The position numbers and the translations under genes are program-made. This document shows, one piece after another, positions 18,944 to 28,407 of a stretch of DNA of 64,000 nucleotides. The stretch's first letter is position 1, and each line of letters opens with the position of its first letter. The DNA lies in NCBI GenBank assembly GCA_046331465.1, contig JAXLQV010000003.1, forward strand, positions 1,344,420-1,408,419, in the 5' to 3' direction. Origin of the DNA: Thermoanaerobaculia bacterium (GTDB lineage: Bacteria > Acidobacteriota > Thermoanaerobaculia > UBA5066). The notes beneath the pieces were generated by a model that did not search any database, was not told the DNA's origin, and was given only the letters and a program-made list of their open reading frames with translations.

Positions 18944-21144
18944 CGCGCGCCTCCCTTCACGTACGTCTCGTAGAGGTCCTCGGGGAGCATCGGGACGCGG
19001 TCGAGGACGAGCCCCGTCGCGTGCTCGATCGCCGCGGCGACGGCGGGCGCGCCGCCGTCCATCGGCAGCTCGCCGACTCCCTTCGCCCCGCCCGGGCCGC
19101 GCGAGTAGGCCGCCTCGACGAGGACCGTCGTGAACGGCGGGGCGTCGAGGCTCGTCGGGACGATGTAGTTCGTCATCCGCGGGTTCAGGATCTTCCCGTC
19201 CCGCGTCACGAGCTTCTCCGTGAGCGCCCAGCCGATCGCCTGGAGGGTCCCCCCCTCGACCTGCCCGGCGCAGAGCGTCGGGTTGATGACGCGCCCGACG
19301 TCGACCGCGGCCCAGAAGCCGGTCACCTTCGTCTCGAAGGTGTCGAGGTCGACCTCCACCTCCGCCACGTCGCAGGCCCAGCCGTAGGCCGGGTAGGCGT
19401 CGCCCGAGTAGGTCGCGTCGTCCCAGACGACGCCCTCGGGCGGCTCGTACTGGACGAGGGCCGACGCCCGCGCCGGATCGGCGGCGAGGCGGTCCCACGC
19501 GGCCTCGCGCGTGAGGCCGGCGACGGTCGCCTCCTCGCCGACGCGGACCCGCAGCTCCTTCGCGGCGCGGTCGACGATCGAGCCGACGACCATGACGGTC
19601 CGCGAGGCGACGGTCGGCCCCGAGTCGGGAACGACCTTCGTCGACGGGACGGCGAAGTCGACGGCCGCGACGCCGATGCCGAGCGCGTCGGCGGCGATCT
19701 GCCGGAAGACGGTCTCGGTCCCCTGGCCGATGTCCGTCGAGGCGGTCCGCACGCGGGCGCGCCCGCCGGGGAGGAGGTCGACGGCGACCTTCCCCTTCAG
19801 GTACTTCTCTCCCGAGCCGGTGAAGCCGGCGCCGTGGAGGAAGACCGAGGCGCCGATGCCGCGCGCCGTGCGGCCGGAGACGGCCGGGCCGCGGGAGCGC
19901 TTCTCGAGGTACCCGCTCGCCGCGAGCGCCTTCTCGACGCACTCCTCGACGCCGACCGACTCCTTCAGCGTCTGCCCCGTGGCCGTCGTGTCGCCGAGGC
20001 GGAGGAGGTTCTTCCGCTTCAGCGCGACGGGATCGATGCCGAGCGTCCGTGCGACGCGGTCGAGGTGCCTTTCGATCGCCCAGACGGTCTGCGGTGCGCC
20101 GAAGCCGCGGAAGGCGCCGTTCGGCGGCGTGTTCGTCGCGACGGCGAGCGCCTCGACGGTGACGTCCTCCCAGCGGTAGGCGCCGCAGGCGTGGAGCGCG
20201 CCGCGCGAGAGGACGACGGGGGTGAGCGTGACGTAGGCGCCGCCGTCGAAGAGGACGCGGATGGAGACGGCGCGAAGCGTCCCGTCGCGGTCGCAGCCGC
20301 TCGCGATCTCGACGCGCGAGGGGTGCCGCTTCGTCGAGGCCTCGACGTCCTCCTGCCGGCCGTAGACGAGCTTCACGGGGCGGCCCGACTTCCTCGCGAG
20401 GAGGAGCGCGTGGAGCGCGACGAGCGTCGGGTACTCCTCCTTGCCGCCGAAGCCGCCGCCGGTGACGGCCTGCGTCACGTCGACGCCGTCGTCGGGGAGG
20501 CCGAAGACCCCCTTGATCCCCTTCTGGACGTAGAACGGGCACTGGAGCGACCCCTCGACGTGCGCGCCGTCGGCGTCCCAGAACGCGATCATCCCGTTCG
20601 GCTCGATGTAGACGTGCTCCTGCCAGCCGGTCTCGTAGACGCCGCGGACGACGACCTCGCACCCCTCGACGGCGTCGCCGCCGCGCCCCTTCGTGATGCG
20701 GTAGCGCTTGAAGACGTTGTCGGGGGGGCGGATCACCTCCCGCGCCGCGATCGCGTCGTCGATCGTGAGGACAGGCGAAAGCGGCTCGACGCGGAGCGTC
20801 ACGTGCCGGAGCGCCTTCTCGAGGCGGAGGCGGTCCTCGCAGGCGAGGAGCGCGACCGGCTCGTAGGCGTGCCGGATCTCCCCCTTCGCGAGGACGGGCT
20901 GGTCGTTCTCGATGAGCGGGACGGAGTTCACGGGGACGTCGTCGGCGGTGACGACGGTGATCCCGGTCCAGTCGAAGGCGGGGTCGAGGTCGACGCCGAG
21001 GAGGCGGCCGCGGGCGACGTCGCTCCGGACGGTCGCGCCGTGGAGCATGCCGGGGAGGACGAGGTCGTCGACGTAGCGGGCCGAGCCGGCCACCTTGGCG
21101 GGGCCGTCGACGCGCGGTACGGATGATCCGATCGAAGGCGCCAT
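18940..21144 (-). CDS. Xanthine dehydrogenase family molybdopterin-binding large subunit (CoxL/XdhA-like; aldehyde oxidase/xanthine dehydrogenase type)
   Basis: 734 aa; a/b-hammerhead plus MoCo-binding domains (GGGFGGKE, VGELPMDGGAPA); substrate specificity cannot be read from sequence. Confidence 0.9.
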   Translation of the reverse strand: MAPSIGSSVPRVDGPAKVAGSARYVDDLVLPGMLHGATVRSDVARGRLLGVDLDPAFDWTGITVVTADDVPVNSVPLIENDQPVLAKGEIRHAYEPVALLACEDRLRLEKALRHVTLRVEPLSPVLTIDDAIAAREVIRPPDNVFKRYRITKGRGGDAVEGCEVVVRGVYETGWQEHVYIEPNGMIAFWDADGAHVEGSLQCPFYVQKGIKGVFGLPDDGVDVTQAVTGGGFGGKEEYPTLVALHALLLARKSGRPVKLVYGRQEDVEASTKRHPSRVEIASGCDRDGTLRAVSIRVLFDGGAYVTLTPVVLSRGALHACGAYRWEDVTVEALAVATNTPPNGAFRGFGAPQTVWAIERHLDRVARTLGIDPVALKRKNLLRLGDTTATGQTLKESVGVEECVEKALAASGYLEKRSRGPAVSGRTARGIGASVFLHGAGFTGSGEKYLKGKVAVDLLPGGRARVRTASTDIGQGTETVFRQIAADALGIGVAAVDFAVPSTKVVPDSGPTVASRTVMVVGSIVDRAAKELRVRVGEEATVAGLTREAAWDRLAADPARASALVQYEPPEGVVWDDATYSGDAYPAYGWACDVAEVEVDLDTFETKVTGFWAAVDVGRVINPTLCAGQVEGGTLQAIGWALTEKLVTRDGKILNPRMTNYIVPTSLDAPPFTTVLVEAAYSRGPGGAKGVGELPMDGGAPAVAAAIEHATGLVLDRVPMLPEDLYETYVKGGAR

Positions 21145-21204
21145 CGGGGGAGTCTACGCGGGGCGGGGCCTCGGTGGCACGCCCGGGGGTCGGCCGGCGT
21201 CGGC

Positions 21205-22104
21205 TCAGCCCGGCGGGGGGGCGAGGAGGTCGGCGAGGGCCGGCTCGAGGCGCTCGAAGCGGAAGCGGAAGCCGAGGCGTGCGGCCTTCGCCGGGACCGC
21301 CTTCTGCCCTTCGAGGACGAGCGAGGCCATCTCTCCCATCGCGGCCCGGATCGCGAACGCGGGGGCCGGCGCGAACGCCGGGCGGCGGAGGACCTTCCCG
21401 AGCGTCGCGGCGAACTCGCGCATCGTGACGGGGGCGGGGGCGACGGCGTTGACGGGTCCCTCGTAGCGGGAGTCGCCGAGGGCGGCGACGAGGAGCGAGA
21501 CGAGGTCGTCGCGGTGGATCCAGGGCATCCACTGGCGGCCGCTCCCGAGCGGGCCGCCGACGCCGAGGCGGAACGGCAGGAGCATCTTCGCGAGGGCGCC
21601 CCCCTCCTCGCCGAGGACGATCCCGGTCCGCGCGAGGACGAGGCGAACGCCTTCAGGCGCGGCGCGGCGCGCCGCCTCTTCCCAGGCGACCGTCGTCTCG
21701 GCGAGGAAGCCGCGTCCTGCGGGGCTCGACTCGTCGAGCTCCTCGTCCCCGCGGTCTCCGTAGAAGCCGACGGCCGAGGCGTTCAGGAGGACGGCGGGCT
21801 TCGCCCTCGCGGCCCGGAGCGCCTCCCCGACCCGGGCGGCGGCCTCGGCGCGGCTCCCGACGATCCGCGACTTCGCGGCGCCCGTCCAGCGCTGGGCGAT
21901 CGTCTCCCCGGCCAGGTTCACGACGCCGCCGGCGCCGTCGACGACGCCCGGGAGATCGTTCCACGCGACGGCGCGGACGCCGGGGGGAAGCGTCGCCAGG
22001 GACGGGTCGCGGGAGACGACGGCGACCTCGTGCCCGTTTCGCTGGAGAACGGGGAGGAGGGCGCGGCCGAGGAACCCGGTCCCGCCGGTGACGACGACTC
22101 TCAC
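21205..22104 (-). CDS. TIGR01777 (YfcH) family NAD-dependent epimerase/dehydratase-like protein with DUF1731 C-terminus
   Basis: GTG 22102-22104 preceded by GGAGGGGGG; VVVTGGTGFLG Rossmann motif; C-terminal DUF1731-like region. Confidence 0.8.
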   Translation of the reverse strand: MRVVVTGGTGFLGRALLPVLQRNGHEVAVVSRDPSLATLPPGVRAVAWNDLPGVVDGAGGVVNLAGETIAQRWTGAAKSRIVGSRAEAAARVGEALRAARAKPAVLLNASAVGFYGDRGDEELDESSPAGRGFLAETTVAWEEAARRAAPEGVRLVLARTGIVLGEEGGALAKMLLPFRLGVGGPLGSGRQWMPWIHRDDLVSLLVAALGDSRYEGPVNAVAPAPVTMREFAATLGKVLRRPAFAPAPAFAIRAAMGEMASLVLEGQKAVPAKAARLGFRFRFERLEPALADLLAPPPG

Positions 22105-22117
22105 GCTCCCCCCTCCG

Positions 22118-22417
22118 TCACCCCTCCCCGCGGCGGATTCGATCGATCGCCCGGTCGCGGTCCGCCTCGATGCGGGAGCGGTCGATCCGGTACTCCTCCT
22201 CGGCCTTCTCCCGCTCCGCGGGGTCGTGGACCTTCCTGAGGGCGTCCCTGAAGAGGATCTCCCGCTCGGCGAGGCGCGCGGAGGCGACGGCGCGGGCCTC
22301 GGCGATGGACGCCTTCTGGGCGTCCGTGAGGGGGACCTCCTCGACGCCGGCCTCGCGGTCGGCGGCCTTGAGGCGCTCCATGGCAAGCTCGAAAGAGGAC
22401 TTCGGTGCGTTCGACAT
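22118..22417 (-). CDS. Small hypothetical coiled-coil protein
   Basis: 99 aa ORF with normal composition immediately upstream of the YfcH-family gene on the same strand. Confidence 0.45.
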   Translation of the reverse strand: MSNAPKSSFELAMERLKAADREAGVEEVPLTDAQKASIAEARAVASARLAEREILFRDALRKVHDPAEREKAEEEYRIDRSRIEADRDRAIDRIRRGEG

Positions 22418-22455
22418 GCCGCCATCGTACCGTCGCGCGGGAGCGTAGGGAGACC

Positions 22456-23346
22456 GTGGGCCGGCTCCTCCTCCTCCCGCTCTCGGTCTCCCTCCTCGCG
22501 TCCCCGGCCGCCCGCGGGGAGGCCGCCGCGCCCGGCCTCCCGTTCACGGCCGAGGAGCTGGTCCGGAAGGTCGCGTCGGCCCAGCGCCGGGTCGACCGGA
22601 CGCTGACGAACGCCACGTTCGACCAGGTCGAGGTCCGGACGACGTACGGAAAGGACGGCCGCCCGAAGGAGACGCGGCGCCGCCTCTTCCACTACTTCTC
22701 GGGCGACGCGCCGGGCGAGGCGACCCGCGACCTCGTCGAGGTCGACGGACGGCCGGCGACGGAGGACGAGAAGCGGGAGCAGGCGGAGGAGGACGCGAAG
22801 CAGCGAAGGAAGCAGCTCGAGAGGGAGGCCGCGGAGCGGGCCGCGCGGCCGCCGACGGTGACGGGCGACGACGACGACCCCCTCGTCGGCCCGCGCCGCC
22901 TCTCCGACCTCGTTGCCCGGTACGACTACGTCCTCGCCGGGGCGGTCGAGGAAGAGGGGCGGCTCCTCTACGCCCTCGAGTTCCGGCCGAAGCCGGGCCT
23001 CGCGGCGAAGTCGCTCGGCGACCGTGCCCTCAACGCGCTCGCGGGACGGGTCCTCGTCGACGCCGCGGACTTCCAGGTCGCCGCGGCCGACGCGCACCTC
23101 GTCGCGCCGCTGAAGGTCGCCGGCGGGCTCGCCGCGAACGTGAAGGCCGCGGCCGTCGCCTACCGCGCGACGAGGCTTCCCGGCGGGGGCTGGTTCCCGT
23201 GCGTCATAGAACTCCGCCTCGAGGGGAAGCAGGCCCTCCTCTTCCGCCTCGACGCCTCGTTCCGCTTCGAGTTCTCCGGCTTCGCCTCCTTCACGGTCGA
23301 GACGGAGAGCGAGGTCGGGCCCCCCTCCGTACAATCCGCGCCGTGA
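22456..23346 (+). CDS. Hypothetical exported protein
   Basis: GTG 22456 gives signal-like N-terminus (VGRLLLLPLSVSLLASPAARGEA); 296 aa non-biased protein; stop overlaps next gene start. Confidence 0.5.
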   Translation: MGRLLLLPLSVSLLASPAARGEAAAPGLPFTAEELVRKVASAQRRVDRTLTNATFDQVEVRTTYGKDGRPKETRRRLFHYFSGDAPGEATRDLVEVDGRPATEDEKREQAEEDAKQRRKQLEREAAERAARPPTVTGDDDDPLVGPRRLSDLVARYDYVLAGAVEEEGRLLYALEFRPKPGLAAKSLGDRALNALAGRVLVDAADFQVAAADAHLVAPLKVAGGLAANVKAAAVAYRATRLPGGGWFPCVIELRLEGKQALLFRLDASFRFEFSGFASFTVETESEVGPPSVQSAP

Positions 23347-23915
23347 CTCCGAGCAAGCGCCGCACCGTCTTCGCCGTGGCCCTCCTCGCCGCCTTCGCGG
23401 GCTTCTTCCTCGCGTACCGGTCGGCCCTCGTCCCGGCGACCCACGCCGACCACGATCACGGCCTCCTGAGCATCGACGCGGGCGGTCACCTCGACGTCGA
23501 GACCCGGGACGGCCGGGGGCGGAACCTCGTCGGCGCGCCGGGGCACGTCCTCGTCGTCCACTTCGCAGACCCCGACGACCCGGGCGCGGCGGCCGAGCTG
23601 CGCGCCCTCTTCGCGTTCCAGGAGAGCGTGAAGGGGGACGCGGGGACCGAGATCGTCGTCCTCGTGAAGACGCCCACGTTCGCCGAGCTCGACGCCTGGC
23701 TCGCGAAGAACGGCCTCGTCCCTCCCGTCCCCGCCTCGCTCTTCGTCGATCCCGAGGGGGAGACGACGAAGAAGTTCAACAGCAAGAGGCCGCTGGAGAC
23801 GATGTTCTTCGGCCCGGGCGGAAAGCTCGCCTCGCAGGCGCGCGGGCGCCTCGACTGGTCGCTCGACGCCCGGCGGCGGATCGCCGAGGCGGCAGGCGGC
23901 GCCAGCATCGAATGA
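23343..23915 (+). CDS. Hypothetical membrane-anchored protein (thioredoxin-like fold possible, no CxxC)
   Basis: GTG 23343 overlapping upstream stop (GTGA); N-terminal TM (VFAVALLAAFAGFFLAY); 190 aa. Confidence 0.45.
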   Translation: MTPSKRRTVFAVALLAAFAGFFLAYRSALVPATHADHDHGLLSIDAGGHLDVETRDGRGRNLVGAPGHVLVVHFADPDDPGAAAELRALFAFQESVKGDAGTEIVVLVKTPTFAELDAWLAKNGLVPPVPASLFVDPEGETTKKFNSKRPLETMFFGPGGKLASQARGRLDWSLDARRRIAEAAGGASIE

Positions 23916-23989
23916 GTCCCTGGCGGAGGTGAGCCGCCGGATGCGGCGCGGGGAGGGGCGTGGCGAGCCTCCCCGGCCCGCGGCCCGCG

Positions 23990-25750
23990 CTACCGGATCG
24001 TCAGCGGCGGCGCGGAGAGGACCCCTTCCTGCCGCTCCGCCTCCACCTGACGCAGGAGGGGCCGGAGGGGCTCGACGAGCCGCACGAGGGCGGTGAACGA
24101 GCTCTCGCCCTCCTCTTCTCCCGAGATCTTCGCCGCGAGCTCCTCGTACGGCGTCCGCTCCCGCGGGAAGACCGCCACCTTCACCTTCTCGCCCGCCGGG
24201 ATCTTCGCCGCCTCCTTCGCGAGCTTCAGCGCGGTCGGGAAGCCGCCGAGCTCGTCGACGAGGCCGAGCCCCTTCGCGTCCTCTCCGGTCCAGACGCGCC
24301 CCTTCGCGATCTCGAGGACCTTCTCCTTCGGGAGCTTCCGCCCCTCGGCGACCTTCGACGTGAAGTCGTCGTAGATCCGGTCGAGCCAGGCGTTGAAGCG
24401 GGCCCACTCGGCAGGGGAGAAGCTCCTCGACGCGTTCCACATGTTCGCGTTCGCGCCGACTTCGACCTGGTCGAACGTCAGCCCGACCTTCTCCCACATC
24501 GCGGGGGTCACCATCTTCCCGGCGAGGACGCCGATCGACGCGGTGATCGTGCCGGGCTGGGCGACGATCTTCGTCGCCGGTATCGAGACGAAGTAGCCGC
24601 CCGAGGCGGCCACGTCGCCCATCGAGATGATCACCGGCTTTCCGGCCTTCCTCGCGAGGACGACCTCGCGCCAGATCGTGTCGGAGGCGACGTAGGAGCC
24701 TCCGGGGCTCGAGACGCGGAAGAGGATCGCCGCGACGTCGCGGTCCTCGACGGCGGTCCGGATCGCCTTCGCGACCGTCTCCGATCCCATCGTCTGCCCG
24801 CCGGTGACCGGGTTGCCGCTGCTCCGGCCGCGGACGACGTTGCCGACGCCGTAGACGAGGGCGATCGTCCTCTTCCCCTCGGCGTGCGGCCGCCCCTCCC
24901 GCTTCAGGTAGGCCGGGAGTCCGAAGAGCTTCGAGTCCGTGCCCCCCTTCGCCCTGAGCTTCGCGAGGACCTCGTCCCGGTAGGCGAGGCCGTCGACGAG
25001 CTTCGCCTCGAGCGCCTCGGGCCCGAGGAACGGGCCGCGGTCGACGAGCGCGCGGACGTCGGCCTCCGTCATCTTCCGCCCCTCGGCGATCCCCTTCACC
25101 ATCTGCCCGTAGATCGACTCGAGGAGCGTCCTCGTCGCCTCCCGGTGCGCGTCGGTGAACTTCGTCTCCGTGTAGAGGTTCATCGCGTTCTTGAACTCGT
25201 GGCGCTGGCCGAACTCCGGCTTGACGCCGAGCTTGTCGAGCGTGCCGCGCAGGAACGGGCTCTCGCCGACGAGGCCGTTCAGGCCGACGTCTCCCGACGG
25301 CTGGAGCCAGATCTCGTCGAAGGCCGTCGCGAGGTAGTAGGAGCCGTTCCCCGGCGCGAACTCGCCGAACGTCTCCGCGTAGGCGACGGCGAACTTCTTC
25401 TTCGCCCGGAACGCCTTCACCGCGTCGCGGATCTCCTGGATCTCGGCGACGCCGAGCGGCGCGGCGCCGAGGCGCGCGACGAGGCCGACGACGTGCGGGT
25501 CGTCCCCCGCCTTCTCGAGGCCGTCGACGACGTCGCGCAGCGTGAAGGCCTTCTCGCCGCCGAAGACGGCGAAGGGGTTCTCGGGGGCCGCCTCGGGGAT
25601 CGCCCGCTCGAGGTCGAGCTCGAGGATCGCCCTCTTCGGGACCGACGGCTTCGCCTTCCCGGTGAGGAAGACGCCGGCGCCGACGAGGCCGGCGCCGAGG
25701 ACGACGATGACGAGGACGACGACGAGGAGACCCTTCCCGCCCTTGGCCAT
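23990..25750 (-). CDS. sppA: Signal peptide peptidase SppA, 67K type (S49 family)
   Basis: 586 aa; N-terminal TM; duplicated ClpP/crotonase-like S49 domains with SPGGS catalytic-serine motif and GDVAASGGY. Confidence 0.9.
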   Translation of the reverse strand: MAKGGKGLLVVVLVIVVLGAGLVGAGVFLTGKAKPSVPKRAILELDLERAIPEAAPENPFAVFGGEKAFTLRDVVDGLEKAGDDPHVVGLVARLGAAPLGVAEIQEIRDAVKAFRAKKKFAVAYAETFGEFAPGNGSYYLATAFDEIWLQPSGDVGLNGLVGESPFLRGTLDKLGVKPEFGQRHEFKNAMNLYTETKFTDAHREATRTLLESIYGQMVKGIAEGRKMTEADVRALVDRGPFLGPEALEAKLVDGLAYRDEVLAKLRAKGGTDSKLFGLPAYLKREGRPHAEGKRTIALVYGVGNVVRGRSSGNPVTGGQTMGSETVAKAIRTAVEDRDVAAILFRVSSPGGSYVASDTIWREVVLARKAGKPVIISMGDVAASGGYFVSIPATKIVAQPGTITASIGVLAGKMVTPAMWEKVGLTFDQVEVGANANMWNASRSFSPAEWARFNAWLDRIYDDFTSKVAEGRKLPKEKVLEIAKGRVWTGEDAKGLGLVDELGGFPTALKLAKEAAKIPAGEKVKVAVFPRERTPYEELAAKISGEEEGESSFTALVRLVEPLRPLLRQVEAERQEGVLSAPPLTIR

Positions 25751-25913
25751 GGAAACCTCACGGCCGGCCGGCTTCGGCCGGCGCGGCGTCGGCCATTATG
25801 GTCCGCGCCCGCGTGGGGGGCCGCCGCGCGCAGGGGCCGTGCGCCGGCCCGGGCACCCGTGCGAGACTCCTCCCCACGACCCCGGCCCGAACGAGTTCCC
25901 CAGAGGAGGCCGC

Positions 25914-26531
25914 ATGAAACGCGCCCGATGGATGACCCTTCCCCTCGTCGCCCTGGCCCTCGCCCTCCCCGCCCCCGCGGAGGAGAAGCCGGCCGCGAAG
26001 GCGGCGAAGCCCGCCGCCCCGTCGCAGGACGAGATGATGAAGGCCTGGACGGCCTACATGACCCCGGGCGAGCCCCACGCCCGCCTCGCGAAGCTCGCCG
26101 GGAGCTGGACGACGAAGACGAAGTCCTGGATGGACCCGGCCCAGCCCCCCGAGGAGACGACCGGCACGTGCGAGTTCCGGTCGGTCCTCGGCGGCCGCTA
26201 CGTCGAGCAGCGGTTCGAGGGGTCGATGATGGGCAAGCCGTTCTCCGGCATCGGCTTTACCGGCTTCGACAACGTCAAGAAGAGGTACGAGTCGTACTGG
26301 ATCGACACCTCCGGCACCGGGATGATGCTCATGACCGGGGCGCCGGACCCGTCGGGGAAGAAGACCGTCTACACCGGCTCGATGCTCGACCCGCTCACGA
26401 AGAAGGCGGTCGCGATGAAGGCGATCGAGACGAGGGCCGACGACGACAACGTCCAGTTCGACATGTGGGCGGCCGGGCCGGACGGGAAGATGGCGAAGGT
26501 CATGGAGATGACCTACACGCGGAAGAAGTAG
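25914..26531 (+). CDS. DUF1579 domain-containing secreted protein
   Basis: ATG 25914 with AGAGGAGG SD; signal peptide MKRARWMTLPLVALALALPAPA; 205 aa. Confidence 0.7.
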   Translation: MKRARWMTLPLVALALALPAPAEEKPAAKAAKPAAPSQDEMMKAWTAYMTPGEPHARLAKLAGSWTTKTKSWMDPAQPPEETTGTCEFRSVLGGRYVEQRFEGSMMGKPFSGIGFTGFDNVKKRYESYWIDTSGTGMMLMTGAPDPSGKKTVYTGSMLDPLTKKAVAMKAIETRADDDNVQFDMWAAGPDGKMAKVMEMTYTRKK

Positions 26532-26535
26532 GAGC

Positions 26536-28389
26536 TCACGGGGCGACCATCGCCTCCCAGACGGCGCGCGACATCTTCCGCGTCGCCTCGACGACCGCCT
26601 TCCGCCCCTCTTCGTTCGCGCCGAAGTCGGTCGCGAGGAGGACGAGGACGTACTCGCGCCCGTCGGGGAGGCGGACGACGGCCGAGTCGTGCTGCACCTT
26701 CGAGATGGTGCCGGTCTTGTGCGCGACGACGGCGCCCGCCTGCTTCGGGATGCCGGCCGGGATCTGGTCGTTGAACTCCTGCGCCGCGAGGATCTCGAAC
26801 GCGATGCGGCGCGACTCGGCCGAGAGCTTCGGCGTCCTCACGGCGGCCTCCATCAGCGCGGCCAGCCCGTCGGCGTCCGTCTCGTTCGAGATCCCGGCCT
26901 CATAGGCCTTCGTGTCCTCGACCATCCTCCGCACCTTCAGGGTCGGCGCGCCCAGCGCGTCGACGAAGCGCTGGACGTCCTTCGGCGGGCAGAGGCCGAG
27001 CATCAGGTTCGTCGCGACGTTCGAGGAGCGGACGATCATCTCCCGGGCGACGAAGTCGAGCCGCGCCGTCCCGCCGAGGAAGGGCGCGATCCGGTCATCG
27101 CCCCCCTTCTCGAGCTCGACGCGGAACGCGGAGCCGTCGACCATGCTCGGGAAGCAGTCGACGACGGGGACGCCGGTCGAGAGGGAGAGCGACCCCTCGT
27201 CGATCCTCCGGAGCGCCTCGAGGAGGACGGCCGTCTTCATCGTCGACGCCGCGTGCATCACGGTCGCCGCGTTCCGCTTCACCGTCACGCCGGTGCCGAG
27301 GTCCTTCACGACGATCCCGAACGTCGCCTTCGTCCCGGCGGCGATCGCGTCGAGCTCCTTCCCGAGCGCCTCGGCCTTCGCCTTCGTCAGGCCGGAGGGG
27401 CGCGGGGCGCCGGGGAGGGCGGCGAGGCGGCGGGCGTAGCGGAAGCGGGGCGCGAGCCGCTCGCTCTCGAAGGCCGTCTCCTTCGTCGACGGCACGCCGT
27501 ACTGCGTCGCCTGGAGGACCTCGCCGTCGCCCGCCCAGAACGCGACGTGGTCGATCTTCTCGGGAGTGCCGAAGAAGAGGAGGTCGCCCGGGGCGAGCTG
27601 GTCGCGCCGCACGGGGACGAGCTGCGGGTCGCGGAAGCACATCTCGGAGCTGTTGCGGAGGAGGAGGACCCCGTGCCTCTCGAGGACGCGCCAGACGAGG
27701 CCGGAGCAGTCGAAGCCCCACGGCGTCGTCCCGCCCCAGGTGTAGGGGGCGCCGAGGAAGCGGCGGGCCATCGCGAGCCAGGAGGCGGGGTCGAGGACGG
27801 GGGGCGCCTCGCGCGGACGCTCTGGGGCGACGTCGTCCGCCGAGACGAAGCCGTTCCGCCCGTCGGGGAGGAGGACCTCGCGCCAGGCGTGCTTCTCGGC
27901 CTCGAGCGTCCGGAGGCCTCCGAGCCGCGCGCCGAGCGGCGCGGTCGCGAGCGGGGGGGATTTCTCGAAGCTCGGCTCGCGGTAGACGTGCGCGAGGTTC
28001 GACGTCACCTCGAGCGGCTCCGCCGACGGGTCGGGGACCCCGGGGCGGAGGGCCGCGGCCTCGATCCAGCCGCGCGAGCCCGAACGGAGCTTCGCCCAGA
28101 CGAATCGCCCCTCGGCGCGAGAGGTCTCCACGGTCTCGCCGAGGATCGCCTGGTCGTCCACCGGCGCGAGCGTCTCCGGCCGCACGAGGAGGTTCGCGAA
28201 CGGGACGACGACGACCGCGGCGGAGGGGGCGGCCGCCTGCGGGCCGGGAGCCTGAGGGGCTGCGGCCGGAGCCGCGGCCTTCGACGCGGCCGTCGTCGCG
28301 GCCGGTGGCGTCTGCGCCGCGGCGGAGAGGGCGAGGAGGAACGCGAGGGGCGCGGCGAGGTGCGGCCGGGGAGCGCGGCGACGGCTCAT
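26536..28389 (-). CDS. Secreted tri-domain fusion: SH3b-like + NlpC/P60 (C40) peptidoglycan endopeptidase + class-A beta-lactamase-like serine hydrolase domain
   Basis: ATG at 28387-28389 in ORF 26536..29547; signal peptide; NlpC/P60 motifs GAPYTWGG...GFDCSGLV...GDLLFF...HVAF; C-terminal domain with class-A motifs STMK (SxxK), SSNVATN (SDN-like), KTG. Confidence 0.8.
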   Translation of the reverse strand: MSRRRAPRPHLAAPLAFLLALSAAAQTPPAATTAASKAAAPAAAPQAPGPQAAAPSAAVVVVPFANLLVRPETLAPVDDQAILGETVETSRAEGRFVWAKLRSGSRGWIEAAALRPGVPDPSAEPLEVTSNLAHVYREPSFEKSPPLATAPLGARLGGLRTLEAEKHAWREVLLPDGRNGFVSADDVAPERPREAPPVLDPASWLAMARRFLGAPYTWGGTTPWGFDCSGLVWRVLERHGVLLLRNSSEMCFRDPQLVPVRRDQLAPGDLLFFGTPEKIDHVAFWAGDGEVLQATQYGVPSTKETAFESERLAPRFRYARRLAALPGAPRPSGLTKAKAEALGKELDAIAAGTKATFGIVVKDLGTGVTVKRNAATVMHAASTMKTAVLLEALRRIDEGSLSLSTGVPVVDCFPSMVDGSAFRVELEKGGDDRIAPFLGGTARLDFVAREMIVRSSNVATNLMLGLCPPKDVQRFVDALGAPTLKVRRMVEDTKAYEAGISNETDADGLAALMEAAVRTPKLSAESRRIAFEILAAQEFNDQIPAGIPKQAGAVVAHKTGTISKVQHDSAVVRLPDGREYVLVLLATDFGANEEGRKAVVEATRKMSRAVWEAMVAP

Positions 28390-28407
28390 CGTGGGGATAA
28401 TCGTCGC

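Noticed and set aside
18473-21532. 1019-aa ORF 18473..21532(-) and antisense ORF 19021..21126(+)
   Set aside because: Only the last 156 codons of the minus ORF encode the 2Fe-2S subunit; upstream is the off-frame overlap with the Mo large subunit. The plus ORF is an antisense artefact.
23949-23975. Hairpin cggggagg-N11-cctccccg between convergent genes 23343..23915(+) and sppA
   Set aside because: Plausible bidirectional terminator but no U-tract on either side and only an 8-bp stem; left out of the feature list as too weak.
23160-26905. ORFs 23160..24497(-), 23960..26905(+)
   Set aside because: Off-frame or antisense to sppA and neighbours; Arg/Gly-rich with no motifs.
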